From an uncultured bacterium (GTDB lineage Bacteria; Chlamydiota; Chlamydiia; Chlamydiales; Rhabdochlamydiaceae): DNA of 64,000 nt. The position numbers and the translations under genes were made by a program. A model generated the notes under the pieces. It saw only the letters and a list, made by a program, of their open reading frames with translations. It had not been told where the DNA came from and searched no databases. The stretch is from positions 89-64,088 of the forward strand of contig CAYNKV010000001.1 in the NCBI GenBank assembly GCA_964397905.1, in the 5' to 3' direction. Of this stretch, positions 9,714 through 18,178 are shown piece after piece; position 1 is the stretch's first letter, and each line of letters opens with the position of its first letter.

Positions 9714-11754
9714 TTTGCTGAGTTTGCTCAGTTTCCGTAAAGGAGATTTTTTCTAACAGATGCAGCAGTAGTTGTTCTACCGATTCAGCCGTTTGCTTAT
9801 TAGTTTGCTTATTGGTTTGTTTACTGGTTGACGTCTCATCCTTCTCTTGACCAAGGGAAAAGAGCGCTTTTAATAAACCAACTGGTTGATCGAGATTCAC
9901 ATTGAGTGTTGAGCTATTTGTATCTGATTGTGGGCTTTGTAATAAATTTTTTTTTAATGCTTCTAAATATTCTTTGATTTTTTGCAAAAAATCAGCTCTT
10001 ATTGTTGTAGTTAAGGAACTTAATGGCTTTGTTTCTATAATTTCTGTAATTTTGCTGTTTGCAAAATTCAATAGTTCTGTAGAAATATCATTTTTAGATT
10101 CAATTCCTTTTTCGTTTAAAACGTTTTTAACGTCTTGTTCTTGAAAAATTTGTCTATTTTTGTTGGATTTATCTGTTTTTAGCTTTTCTTTATTTTTTAG
10201 AAATAGATAGAGGAACAAAAGCGGTTTAGCTTTATCTTTGTTATATTTTATCTTGATTTCCCCTAAATTTAATAATGTTTTAGCTGTTTCTTTTATCTCT
10301 TGGGGGAGATTTTCCACTATCTTTGCTTTTTCCTCAGCTGAGATATTTTTTATGACTGGTGATTGCTCATTCTCATCCGTTTGTGTTGATATCTCTTTAC
10401 TTACTTGATTCGTTTTTGCTTGGTTCATCTCTTCGAGATGTTTTTTTAGATTAAGCACATTTTGCTCAAGCTCCTGGTTTTTTTCTGTTAAATCTTTCAC
10501 TGATTTGGTTGATTGCTCCTCTTTGCTTGATAGCTGTTTTCTCAGTAGCTCGATCTCCTTCTTTAAATTATCCCTCTCGTTTTGCAGCTTTTCAGCCTCT
10601 TTTTTGTACATCTCCTCTATCTGTGCCATATTTTTATTGTTTGGATTGAGTGTTTTTGCTTCATCGAGTTGTTGCTTGAGCTGTGCGATTTTGTTCTTGC
10701 TATTTTCTATGCTCTCCTCATTCTCTTTTTGCTTTAACTTGAGTGTTTCAAGCTCACTCTCTGTTTGAGAGAGTTTTTGTTGGACTTCTTCTAGCTTTTC
10801 TTTTTCCTTTTCCGCTGTAGCGAGTGTGTTTTTGAGGTCTGCGAGTTGTTGCTGTTGCTCTTGTATGGCTTGCTTATTGGCTAGTTTGTTTTGATTGAAT
10901 TCATTGTTTGCGTTTTCGATCTCTGTTTTCTTTGTTTCAAGCAGGCTAGTTTGTTGTTGGAGTTCTGCTTGTAGCTTTCCTTTTTCCTCTGCTGCTGTAG
11001 AGAGTTTGCTTGTGAGGTCTTCGAGTTGTTGCTCTTGCTGTTTTATGGTCTGCTCATTTTTTAGTTTGCTTTGATTGAGTTGATTGTTTGCGTTTTCGAT
11101 CTCTTTGTTCTTTGTTTGAAGCAGGCGAGTTTGTTGTTGGAGTTCTGCTTGTAGCTTTCCTTTTTCCTCTGCTGCTGTAGCGAGTGTGTTTTTGAGGTCT
11201 GCGAGTTGTTGCTCTTGCTGTTTTATGGTCTGCTCATACTCTTGTTGCTTTGAAGAGAGTTGGTTAGTTAATGTTTTTATATTTGATTCTTGGCTTTCAA
11301 CTTGTTGTTGCAAGATATTAATTTTTGTCTGCAACTCTTCGATTGTTGGAGATTGGTGATCAGTTTGGATTTCAATGGAGGCGGTGGTTTGGAGAGAACT
11401 GGCGGGAGCTGTTTGATTTTTTTGTTGCGCAGCTTGGCGGATTCTTTCTAGGGTTTTGTTAAAGCAGCGGCTGATTTTTTCGGTTGTTGTATCGCTGATG
11501 ATTTGATCGTTTAGCTTCCATGTTCCATCAGAGAGTGTTACTCTTCTTTGTTGATTAGAGATGTTTAAGGTGGCGCCTCCTTCTTTAAACTGAAGGCTGT
11601 AGGCAATCTGATCGGCTCCTTCTTGGAAATATCGTTGGACTATTTTTCGGACCAGGCGAGAGATCTCGTAGGCTCCTCCTTGCTGTAGGAAATCTATTTG
11701 GGAACTTTCTAATGGGCTAGAATTATAAGAGCAGGATTTAATGATAGATGACAT
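9700..11754 (-). CDS. Orphan long coiled-coil protein, candidate secreted effector
   Basis: 684-aa AT-rich ORF, Ser-rich N-terminus, Q/E/K heptads, N-terminal domain shared with next ORF; function is inference. Confidence 0.75.
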   Translation of the reverse strand: MSSIIKSCSYNSSPLESSQIDFLQQGGAYEISRLVRKIVQRYFQEGADQIAYSLQFKEGGATLNISNQQRRVTLSDGTWKLNDQIISDTTTEKISRCFNKTLERIRQAAQQKNQTAPASSLQTTASIEIQTDHQSPTIEELQTKINILQQQVESQESNIKTLTNQLSSKQQEYEQTIKQQEQQLADLKNTLATAAEEKGKLQAELQQQTRLLQTKNKEIENANNQLNQSKLKNEQTIKQQEQQLEDLTSKLSTAAEEKGKLQAELQQQTSLLETKKTEIENANNEFNQNKLANKQAIQEQQQQLADLKNTLATAEKEKEKLEEVQQKLSQTESELETLKLKQKENEESIENSKNKIAQLKQQLDEAKTLNPNNKNMAQIEEMYKKEAEKLQNERDNLKKEIELLRKQLSSKEEQSTKSVKDLTEKNQELEQNVLNLKKHLEEMNQAKTNQVSKEISTQTDENEQSPVIKNISAEEKAKIVENLPQEIKETAKTLLNLGEIKIKYNKDKAKPLLFLYLFLKNKEKLKTDKSNKNRQIFQEQDVKNVLNEKGIESKNDISTELLNFANSKITEIIETKPLSSLTTTIRADFLQKIKEYLEALKKNLLQSPQSDTNSSTLNVNLDQPVGLLKALFSLGQEKDETSTSKQTNKQTNKQTAESVEQLLLHLLEKISFTETEQTQQTKNK
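10800..11240. repeat. About 2.4 tandem copies of a 180-bp (60-aa) intragenic repeat
   Basis: EQTIKQQEQQL..TAAEEKGKLQAELQQQT.LL.TK..EIENANN recurs at 180-bp spacing. Confidence 0.85.
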
Positions 11755-11766
11755 AATTAATTATAT

Positions 11767-12819
11767 TTATTTAAAGAAAGAAGCTGTTTGGTGAGAGGCG
11801 CTGAGCGGGAGGGGTTCGGGTCCAAAGATATGTCTTTGCAATGTATTCATTATTGTTTTCCGATTATTTAAATCATTGTATTCCCATTTGGGCGCTTGTG
11901 TCAACCAGAGTCCATGAAGAATGTTACTTTTATGAAATTGGGTAACAGGGGGTCGATATGGATTGCTTTCTTGAAGAGAGTCGTCGATCGCTCCTGATTC
12001 AGGGGGTAGTGATGCCAAACTGATTTTCGATAGAGACAGGTTCTCGAACATGTCTTGTTCTTTAAAATTAGTGACAGAGGTTGAAAATTGATGCCAGAAT
12101 GTTTGGTTACGAAGGGCTATTGGAAGGGTAGCTCCTTTGGGAGCTTTAAGTGAGACAGTTTCCTTCTTACTCTTTATCGATTTCTGAGAAAAGGGGAGGG
12201 ATTTTAAATTGATGGGCACCAGATAGGGTCCGCGAAGTATTTTACTTTCATAAAAATAGAAAAGAGGGTTTTGATAGTTTAAGGTTTTTGGATTGGCATA
12301 GATTAGGAGGATATGTTTTGCTAAGTATTTGGAGATTGGTGGGGGGGTGATTTCGAGTGTCGGAGTAGTAATGGCGTTTTCATTACTTGATGTTGAGGGT
12401 TTCTGATTAGTGACTAATGAGCTTTGATCATTCGTGGCTATTGGAAGGGTAGCTGTTTGTTCTTTCGAAAGGCTGATACTGTTTGGGAGAGCTGTTTGTG
12501 AAGCGTTCCGGATTCGTTCTAAGGTTTTATTAAAATGTTTTTCGATTTTTTGATGATTGATGGGGGTATTGTCTAGTTTCCATATTTGATCAGATAAGGT
12601 GATGGTTTTTGTCTGGTCGCCGACGGTCAATTGGGCTGATCTCCCTTCAATCTTAAGTGTGTAGCTGATTTCTCCTGGGGTTTTGATTCGAAAATGTTGT
12701 CTAACTATTTTTTCGACGACTTTAGCGATTGAGTAGGTGCCTTCTTCCTGTAGGGTTTCTATCTGGTCAGCTCTTAGTGGGTTATTATTGTAAGAGCAGG
12801 ATGTAATAGTAGATGGCAT
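11767..12819 (-). CDS. Orphan protein paralogous (first ~105 aa) to 9700..11754
   Basis: SCSYN..PL...QI..LQ..G.Y.I...V.KIV...F and FNKTLERIR shared between both ORFs. Confidence 0.7.
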   Translation of the reverse strand: MPSTITSCSYNNNPLRADQIETLQEEGTYSIAKVVEKIVRQHFRIKTPGEISYTLKIEGRSAQLTVGDQTKTITLSDQIWKLDNTPINHQKIEKHFNKTLERIRNASQTALPNSISLSKEQTATLPIATNDQSSLVTNQKPSTSSNENAITTPTLEITPPPISKYLAKHILLIYANPKTLNYQNPLFYFYESKILRGPYLVPINLKSLPFSQKSIKSKKETVSLKAPKGATLPIALRNQTFWHQFSTSVTNFKEQDMFENLSLSKISLASLPPESGAIDDSLQESNPYRPPVTQFHKSNILHGLWLTQAPKWEYNDLNNRKTIMNTLQRHIFGPEPLPLSASHQTASFFK

Positions 12820-12943
12820 AGTTAATTGGTCTATAATTAATTATATTAATTTATTTAATAATTTAAAGAAAGAAGCGGGTTGGTGGGGGAAAGTCGGTGA
12901 GCAGAGAGGTCTGGTGGGAGCCGAACCTGATCGGGAGGGGCCG

Positions 12944-14749
12944 CTATGGGGCGACGGCGATCGAGTCGAGCAGTTTTTTGAGGAGCTGGGTGGAGCTGTT
13001 GACAAATTGGGGAAGGTGGCTGTTATCGATCTCTTTTTGGGAGAGGTGGGAGAGCTGATAGAGGTGGGAGGCTACCTCTTGGGCGAGGGGTGGGTGGGAG
13101 CTGCTGAGCTGGAAGAGGGTAGAGATGAGGGGGTGGTTGGTGTTGACGATAAACTGGGTGGTCGGCTTAAAGGTTTGGGGCAGTTTCTTCTGGGTAAGGC
13201 TCATCGCATCGCGCAGGCGGCGGCTGCTTTCGTCGAAGAGAAGGAGGGCGGGGAGCTCTTCGGAGGCAAGGCTCTTCGCTTCTACTTCTACTTCAGTGGG
13301 AACGGCTCGGCGGAACATCTCGGCGATCCTGCCGCTCTCGCTCCTTCCTTCAGAGTCGAGGAGAGACTTTTCTCTCGAGGGATCGACAAGAGAGGGGTCT
13401 AGTGCGCCATCCACTCTTTGGAATTGGATCGAAAGTTTGCTCTCCAAGAAGTTGAAGAGGTGTGGGTCTATGGGGGAGCTGGAGATGAGGACTGGCTGCT
13501 CTTTATAGAGGGCGATGAGAGGGGAGTCTGGGTCGCTGCTGTAAAAAAGCTTGGCAGGGTTACGGGCGATCAGCTCGTCAAGGCTCTCCCATTTGCCTTG
13601 GTTGCTCTTCCAAATGAGGATCTCTTTAGCGCGGCTATAAAATTTTTCATCTTGGAGTATGCCTAGCTTAATGATCAGCTCGAGGTCGGGCCACTTCTCT
13701 ATGAACTGTTCCCGATCGATCTGGTAGAGGGAGATCAGCTTATCGCACACTTTCTTCGAGATGTGGGAGGCGACGGTGCGGACGGTCTGGTCCATCTGGA
13801 GCGAGCTGCGGGAGACGTTGATCGGAATATCGGGGCTTTCGATTGCGCCCTTGAGGGCGGTGAGGAAGTCGGGGAGCAGTTCGTTGCAGTGGTCAGAGAC
13901 AAAGACGCGGTTGACAAAGAGTTGGATGTTGCTGTTATTCCATCCGATTCGCTGATTTATTTTGGGGAAATAGAGGATTCCTTTTAGGAAAAAGGGTAGA
14001 TCTACGTTGAGGTGTATCCAGAAGATCGGATCAGGGTCGGAGGGATAGAGGAAGCGGTAGAAATCTATATATTCTTGGGGGCTGCAGTCGGCGCTATTTT
14101 TTAGCCAGAGCGGCTCCTTTTCGTTGATCCGAGTGCCGTCAAGGTAGATCGGATAGGGGAGGAAACGGCAATGTTTCTTTAATATTTCTTCTATCTTTTG
14201 TTTATCTAAAAACTCTCCATGGTTAGCGTCGATGAAGAGGGTGATCTTCGTGCCTCGCTCGCTCTGGCTGCCCGGCTCAAGGAGGTAGTCGGAGCTTCCG
14301 TCGCACGACCAGAAGGCTGCCTCGCTGCCAGGAAGATAGGAGAGGGTATCGATGGTCACTTTCTCGGCTACCATATAGGCTGAGTAAAAGCCGAGGCCAA
14401 AGTGGCCTATGATTGCCTCAGATGAGGAGCCGCTATATTTGCTTAGGAACTCTTCTGCGCCAGAGCAGGCGATCTGTCCAATATATCTCTCTACCTCTTC
14501 GCTGCTCATCCCAATGCCACTATCTATGAATTGTAGGGTACGAGCGGCGGGGTCTATCTTCAGTTCGATCCGAAGCTCTTCATCGCTTATATCGAGCTTC
14601 TGCTCTTCTCGCAAGATCTGCAATTTTTTGAGTGCATCGCAGCTGTTAGAGATTAGCTCTCTCAGAAAAATCTCTTTATCTGAATAGAGCCATCTTTTGA
14701 TAATAGGTAAAATTTTCTCTGTTTGGACGGTCAATTTTCCTTTAGCCAT
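12944..14749 (-). CDS. htpG: Chaperone HtpG (Hsp90)
   Basis: LYSDKEIFLRELISN, DSGIGMS, IGHFGLGFYSAYMVA. Confidence 0.96.
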   Translation of the reverse strand: MAKGKLTVQTEKILPIIKRWLYSDKEIFLRELISNSCDALKKLQILREEQKLDISDEELRIELKIDPAARTLQFIDSGIGMSSEEVERYIGQIACSGAEEFLSKYSGSSSEAIIGHFGLGFYSAYMVAEKVTIDTLSYLPGSEAAFWSCDGSSDYLLEPGSQSERGTKITLFIDANHGEFLDKQKIEEILKKHCRFLPYPIYLDGTRINEKEPLWLKNSADCSPQEYIDFYRFLYPSDPDPIFWIHLNVDLPFFLKGILYFPKINQRIGWNNSNIQLFVNRVFVSDHCNELLPDFLTALKGAIESPDIPINVSRSSLQMDQTVRTVASHISKKVCDKLISLYQIDREQFIEKWPDLELIIKLGILQDEKFYSRAKEILIWKSNQGKWESLDELIARNPAKLFYSSDPDSPLIALYKEQPVLISSSPIDPHLFNFLESKLSIQFQRVDGALDPSLVDPSREKSLLDSEGRSESGRIAEMFRRAVPTEVEVEAKSLASEELPALLLFDESSRRLRDAMSLTQKKLPQTFKPTTQFIVNTNHPLISTLFQLSSSHPPLAQEVASHLYQLSHLSQKEIDNSHLPQFVNSSTQLLKKLLDSIAVAP

Positions 14750-15169
14750 ACTCTTTTTGTGGGTTTGTAATTTTTTTTATTCACCATTATAGCTATTCTC
14801 TTTTTAGTTGGCTAGGGTGGGCGTGCGCTTCTTTTTTTTTAAGAGCTGTTTTCTTTGCTATTTTTTTTGGATGGAACTGCTTTTGGGACGGAGTTCTGGT
14901 TGGATCGGCTCTTTTCTCTCCTTTTTTCGAAGAGGAGGTTGCTAGCTAGTTTTTGCTTTGAAGGATTTCTTTGCAGCTCCCACCCCCCCTCTTTATCTAA
15001 TGATGGGCTTTTCTTTCTTTTCTGCGGTTCTATTGCCTACGCTAGTTCGGCAAGATGATGGGTGAGTTATCAGGGGGAAAGTGCGCTTTTTATCTGAAGG
15101 GAGCTGCTGATGGGCGACCTAGAGCTGAGGGGTGAACGCTTTGCTATAAGCAGATCGAGTAGAGACAGA

Positions 15170-16195
15170 TCATCTAAAAAGATCAGAAAATTTTATTTTT
15201 GATTTCTCTAATCTATCGTTAAGATCTCTTTTTTCTTCGAGCAGAGCCTCTATTGTTCTTCCATTAGCATGATGTTGTTCTTCCAGAGTCTTGATCAATT
15301 GCTTTTGCTTTTCACAATCCTTTCTGAAGGTCTCTAGTTCGTTCAATATAGAGGTGTTATTTGTTAAAAGTTTTTTTAATTCAGTTTGTTGCTGTTTTAT
15401 AGTTTCTTGAAGATCTTTTTCAGTTTCTGCAAAAAATTTTTGATCAGAAAGGAGTTCATCTTGTTTTGTTTGGAGTTGATCTTCTAATGCTTTAACTCTG
15501 TTTTGAAGTGTTTCATTCTTAAGGATTTGTTCCTGGTACAATTTTTCAATTTCTTCTGGGCTTACTGCTATCTCAGAAAGGTCTAAGAGAGGAGCTGTTT
15601 TTTTTACAGCGGTTGCCTCTTTTCCAGAGCGTGGCATCACAACCAATGTATCAGAGCTTGTAAAACAAAATTTGATAAGATTATCTGTAATTTTTAACTT
15701 TTTGGGATATACCGGATTCATCTTTTGGTCATCTGACTGATCGACAGAAGCTGTAACTGTACAGAGGCATGCTTTTTCAGGGTGTTGTTTATCCATACTC
15801 TCTTCTTGCTCTGAGAGTGGTTCTTTTTTCAAAGTAAATCCCTCATGGAAAGGAGGTTTTTTTAGAATATCTTTCAGTTGATCAGGAAGATCTTTCCATT
15901 GCATGAGGATAGTATGATTTTTATTGTCTACAAATTGTACAAAAGATACCTCTTTCGAAGGGTTTTTCGGGGGAAGCTGGGATTGATTTCCGATCTGTTT
16001 GTTCCATATCGAAGATATTTTACCATAAAGCGAGTTCCATTGTTGTCGTACCCATGAGTGGGGTTTGGTTTTTGTAGCATGATCTGTTTCTGAATTTTGA
16101 ATATGTGTTGCAAGAGGTGAGCTAGTCCCGGAATGGCTTCTGCTAAATAATTGGGAGATCCAGCTTCTGAAGCTACTTATAGGTGATAAGTTCAT
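15170..16195 (-). CDS. Orphan protein with C-terminal coiled coil, candidate effector
   Basis: 341-aa AT-rich ORF, Ser-rich N-terminus, heptad-rich C-terminal third. Confidence 0.65.
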   Translation of the reverse strand: MNLSPISSFRSWISQLFSRSHSGTSSPLATHIQNSETDHATKTKPHSWVRQQWNSLYGKISSIWNKQIGNQSQLPPKNPSKEVSFVQFVDNKNHTILMQWKDLPDQLKDILKKPPFHEGFTLKKEPLSEQEESMDKQHPEKACLCTVTASVDQSDDQKMNPVYPKKLKITDNLIKFCFTSSDTLVVMPRSGKEATAVKKTAPLLDLSEIAVSPEEIEKLYQEQILKNETLQNRVKALEDQLQTKQDELLSDQKFFAETEKDLQETIKQQQTELKKLLTNNTSILNELETFRKDCEKQKQLIKTLEEQHHANGRTIEALLEEKRDLNDRLEKSKIKFSDLFR

Positions 16196-16467
16196 AGATT
16201 ATTTTTCCTCTTTCTCCTCCAGATCGATTGGGGGTGCTTCTCGTTTGTTTGAAGATTCGAGAAGGTTGTTAAATTCTTCATCTGTGATGACCTGTTGAGG
16301 TGTTTTTTTTGTATTATAATATAATTGTTCAACAAAAGTTTTTTTGATTTAGTTTCTGGATGGATTTTATTTGTTTTTGTAAATAAATGTGTGATTTTAT
16401 CGATAAAACTTTGGAATGTTTCGTGTATTTTATTAAAAATTTTGGGAATTGTTTGATTTATCTTCAT
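16192..16467 (-). CDS. Small AT-rich hypothetical protein or gene remnant
   Basis: 91-aa ORF with 4-nt overlap to the next start; no recognisable motif. Confidence 0.4.
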   Translation of the reverse strand: MKINQTIPKIFNKIHETFQSFIDKITHLFTKTNKIHPETKSKKLLLNNYIIIQKKHLNRSSQMKNLTTFSNLQTNEKHPQSIWRRKRKNNL

Positions 16468-16510
16468 TCTTTTATGTTAAAAATTTTAATTTTAAAATAA
16501 AAGGTTAATA

Positions 16511-17398
16511 TTAATTATTCCACGGGAAGGGGAGTATGGATGCGATGGAGGGTTGCTTGAGCTTGAGCATGAGGAGACGGTCAAAGCCTACGGCAACGCC
16601 GCAGCAGTCGGGGAGCTGTGGGAGGGCTGCAAGGAGTGGTTCGTCGATCGGAAGTGGGGGTTTGCCTTGGGCGATGCGCCGTTGGTTTGCATGCTGGAAC
16701 CGTTTTCGTTGTTCTGTTGGATCAGAGAGTTCATGGAATCCATTGGCTATTTCGATGTTATTATAGTAGATTTCGAATCGTTGGGCGACTTTCTCTTCTT
16801 CTAGCTGGAAGATTTGGGCTAAAGAGGCTTGGGAGGGGGGGTATGAGTGGACGATGGTAAATTCTTTCAGTTGTGGCTCGATCAGGGAGCTAAGGAGGAA
16901 GTGGAGGTAATTTTCTTTATTCCAGGGGGTGTAGGGGGTGGGTAGGGAGTGGCTCTCTGCAATGGAGCGCAGTTCTTCGACCGATATGTTGCGGTAGTCG
17001 ATGTTCAGGTGTGTTTTGAAGAGTTGGTAGTAGCTGTAGTAGGTGATTGATCGGCTCTCAATGAAGAGTTGGAGGAGTTGGAGGGTCTCTTCTATGAGGC
17101 TCTGTAGCTCTAGGTTGATCCGGTACCATTCGATGAGGCTGAATTCGGGGTTATGGATGGTGCCTATTTCTCCTTCGCGGAACACGTGGGAGAGCTGGTA
17201 GATATCTCCTGATCCGTTGGCAAGGAGTCGTTTCATCGCATGTTCGGGAGAGGTGTGGAGGTAATTTTTTTCTCCCTGTTGGAGATGGATGGTCATCACT
17301 TCTATGTAGGGATCGATTGGTGCGCTTCTAGAGAGCATGGGGGTGTCTACTTCTAACACTTTTCGTTCGGCAAAAAAGGAGCGGACGCGGGCAAGCAT
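16511..17398 (-). CDS. epmA: EF-P lysine aminoacylase
   Basis: LEVDTP, YLHTSPEHAMKRLL, HNPEF, RFEIY, EIANGFHEL, GVAVGFDRL; adjacent to efp. Confidence 0.93.
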   Translation of the reverse strand: MLARVRSFFAERKVLEVDTPMLSRSAPIDPYIEVMTIHLQQGEKNYLHTSPEHAMKRLLANGSGDIYQLSHVFREGEIGTIHNPEFSLIEWYRINLELQSLIEETLQLLQLFIESRSITYYSYYQLFKTHLNIDYRNISVEELRSIAESHSLPTPYTPWNKENYLHFLLSSLIEPQLKEFTIVHSYPPSQASLAQIFQLEEEKVAQRFEIYYNNIEIANGFHELSDPTEQRKRFQHANQRRIAQGKPPLPIDEPLLAALPQLPDCCGVAVGFDRLLMLKLKQPSIASILPFPWNN

Positions 17399-17445
17399 GG
17401 CGGCGCGCTGGAGCAGCAGTTCTCGGGTTGTGAGGGAGGGGGTAG

Positions 17446-18009
17446 TTAGCTGCGCGATATATAGCTGGAGCTGCGGGTGTCGATCTTTATTCGATCGCCC
17501 TGGTTGATGAAGATGGGGACCTGGATTTTAGCGCCGCTATCAGTGATGGCGGGCTTAAGGACTCTGCCGGAGCTATCGCCGCGGATGCCGGGGGCTGTTT
17601 CTGCGATCTGCATCTCCATGAAGGTGGGGGGGATCAGTTCGATCGGCTCTCCTTTGTAGAAGACAAGTTGGTAGACTGCCTCTTCTTGAAGCCAGATCGC
17701 TTGGTCGCTCAGGATGGAGCGGGGAATAGCAAATTGTTCGAAATTGCTCTCATCCATGAAGGTGGCGCTCTCTTTATCACTGTAGAGGAGTCGCATCTTG
17801 CTTTCGACTACGTCGGCAAGCTCTAGCTTTTCTCCCGATTTAAAGGTTCTTTCTATAACTCGTTCGTTTTTTAATTGTTTCAATTTGACGCGGCAAAAAG
17901 CTTGTCCCTTCCCCGGGTTCACATACTCGGTGGAGACGATGGTGTAGGGTTCTTTATCTATTTCTACTTTGATGCCTGCTTTGAACTCGCTGGTGGAGAT
18001 CTTGCTCAT
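17446..18009 (-). CDS. efp: Elongation factor P
   Basis: VNPGKGQAF loop, PGIRGD, VPIFI..GD.IKIDTR. Confidence 0.97.
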   Translation of the reverse strand: MSKISTSEFKAGIKVEIDKEPYTIVSTEYVNPGKGQAFCRVKLKQLKNERVIERTFKSGEKLELADVVESKMRLLYSDKESATFMDESNFEQFAIPRSILSDQAIWLQEEAVYQLVFYKGEPIELIPPTFMEMQIAETAPGIRGDSSGRVLKPAITDSGAKIQVPIFINQGDRIKIDTRSSSYISRS

Positions 18010-18178
18010 CGGAGTTCTCCTTGGGTTGCTGGGTAGATCTGCTTAGTATGGCAGATGCTTTCTCTTTCGATCAAGGGCTGTTTGTGGTAAATGGGATATA
18101 TCTTAGGAAAGGGGGAGGAGTGCCTTGGCTCCTTTCGTTTTTCCTGATAGCTCCTGGGGAGTAAGGCAGGGATCGTGT

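Noticed and set aside
12820-12870. oriC DNA-unwinding element
   Set aside because: Very AT-rich, but no DnaA boxes seen and it is explained as the duplicated promoter region of the paralogs
12914-13987. Several + strand ORFs opposite htpG, and similar shadow ORFs elsewhere
   Set aside because: Antisense ORFs explained by locally high GC and skew; no motifs
14760-15165. Small basic histone-like gene or the 67-aa + ORF upstream of htpG
   Set aside because: Lys-rich minus-strand reading is broken by stops or frame changes and has no convincing start; at most a remnant
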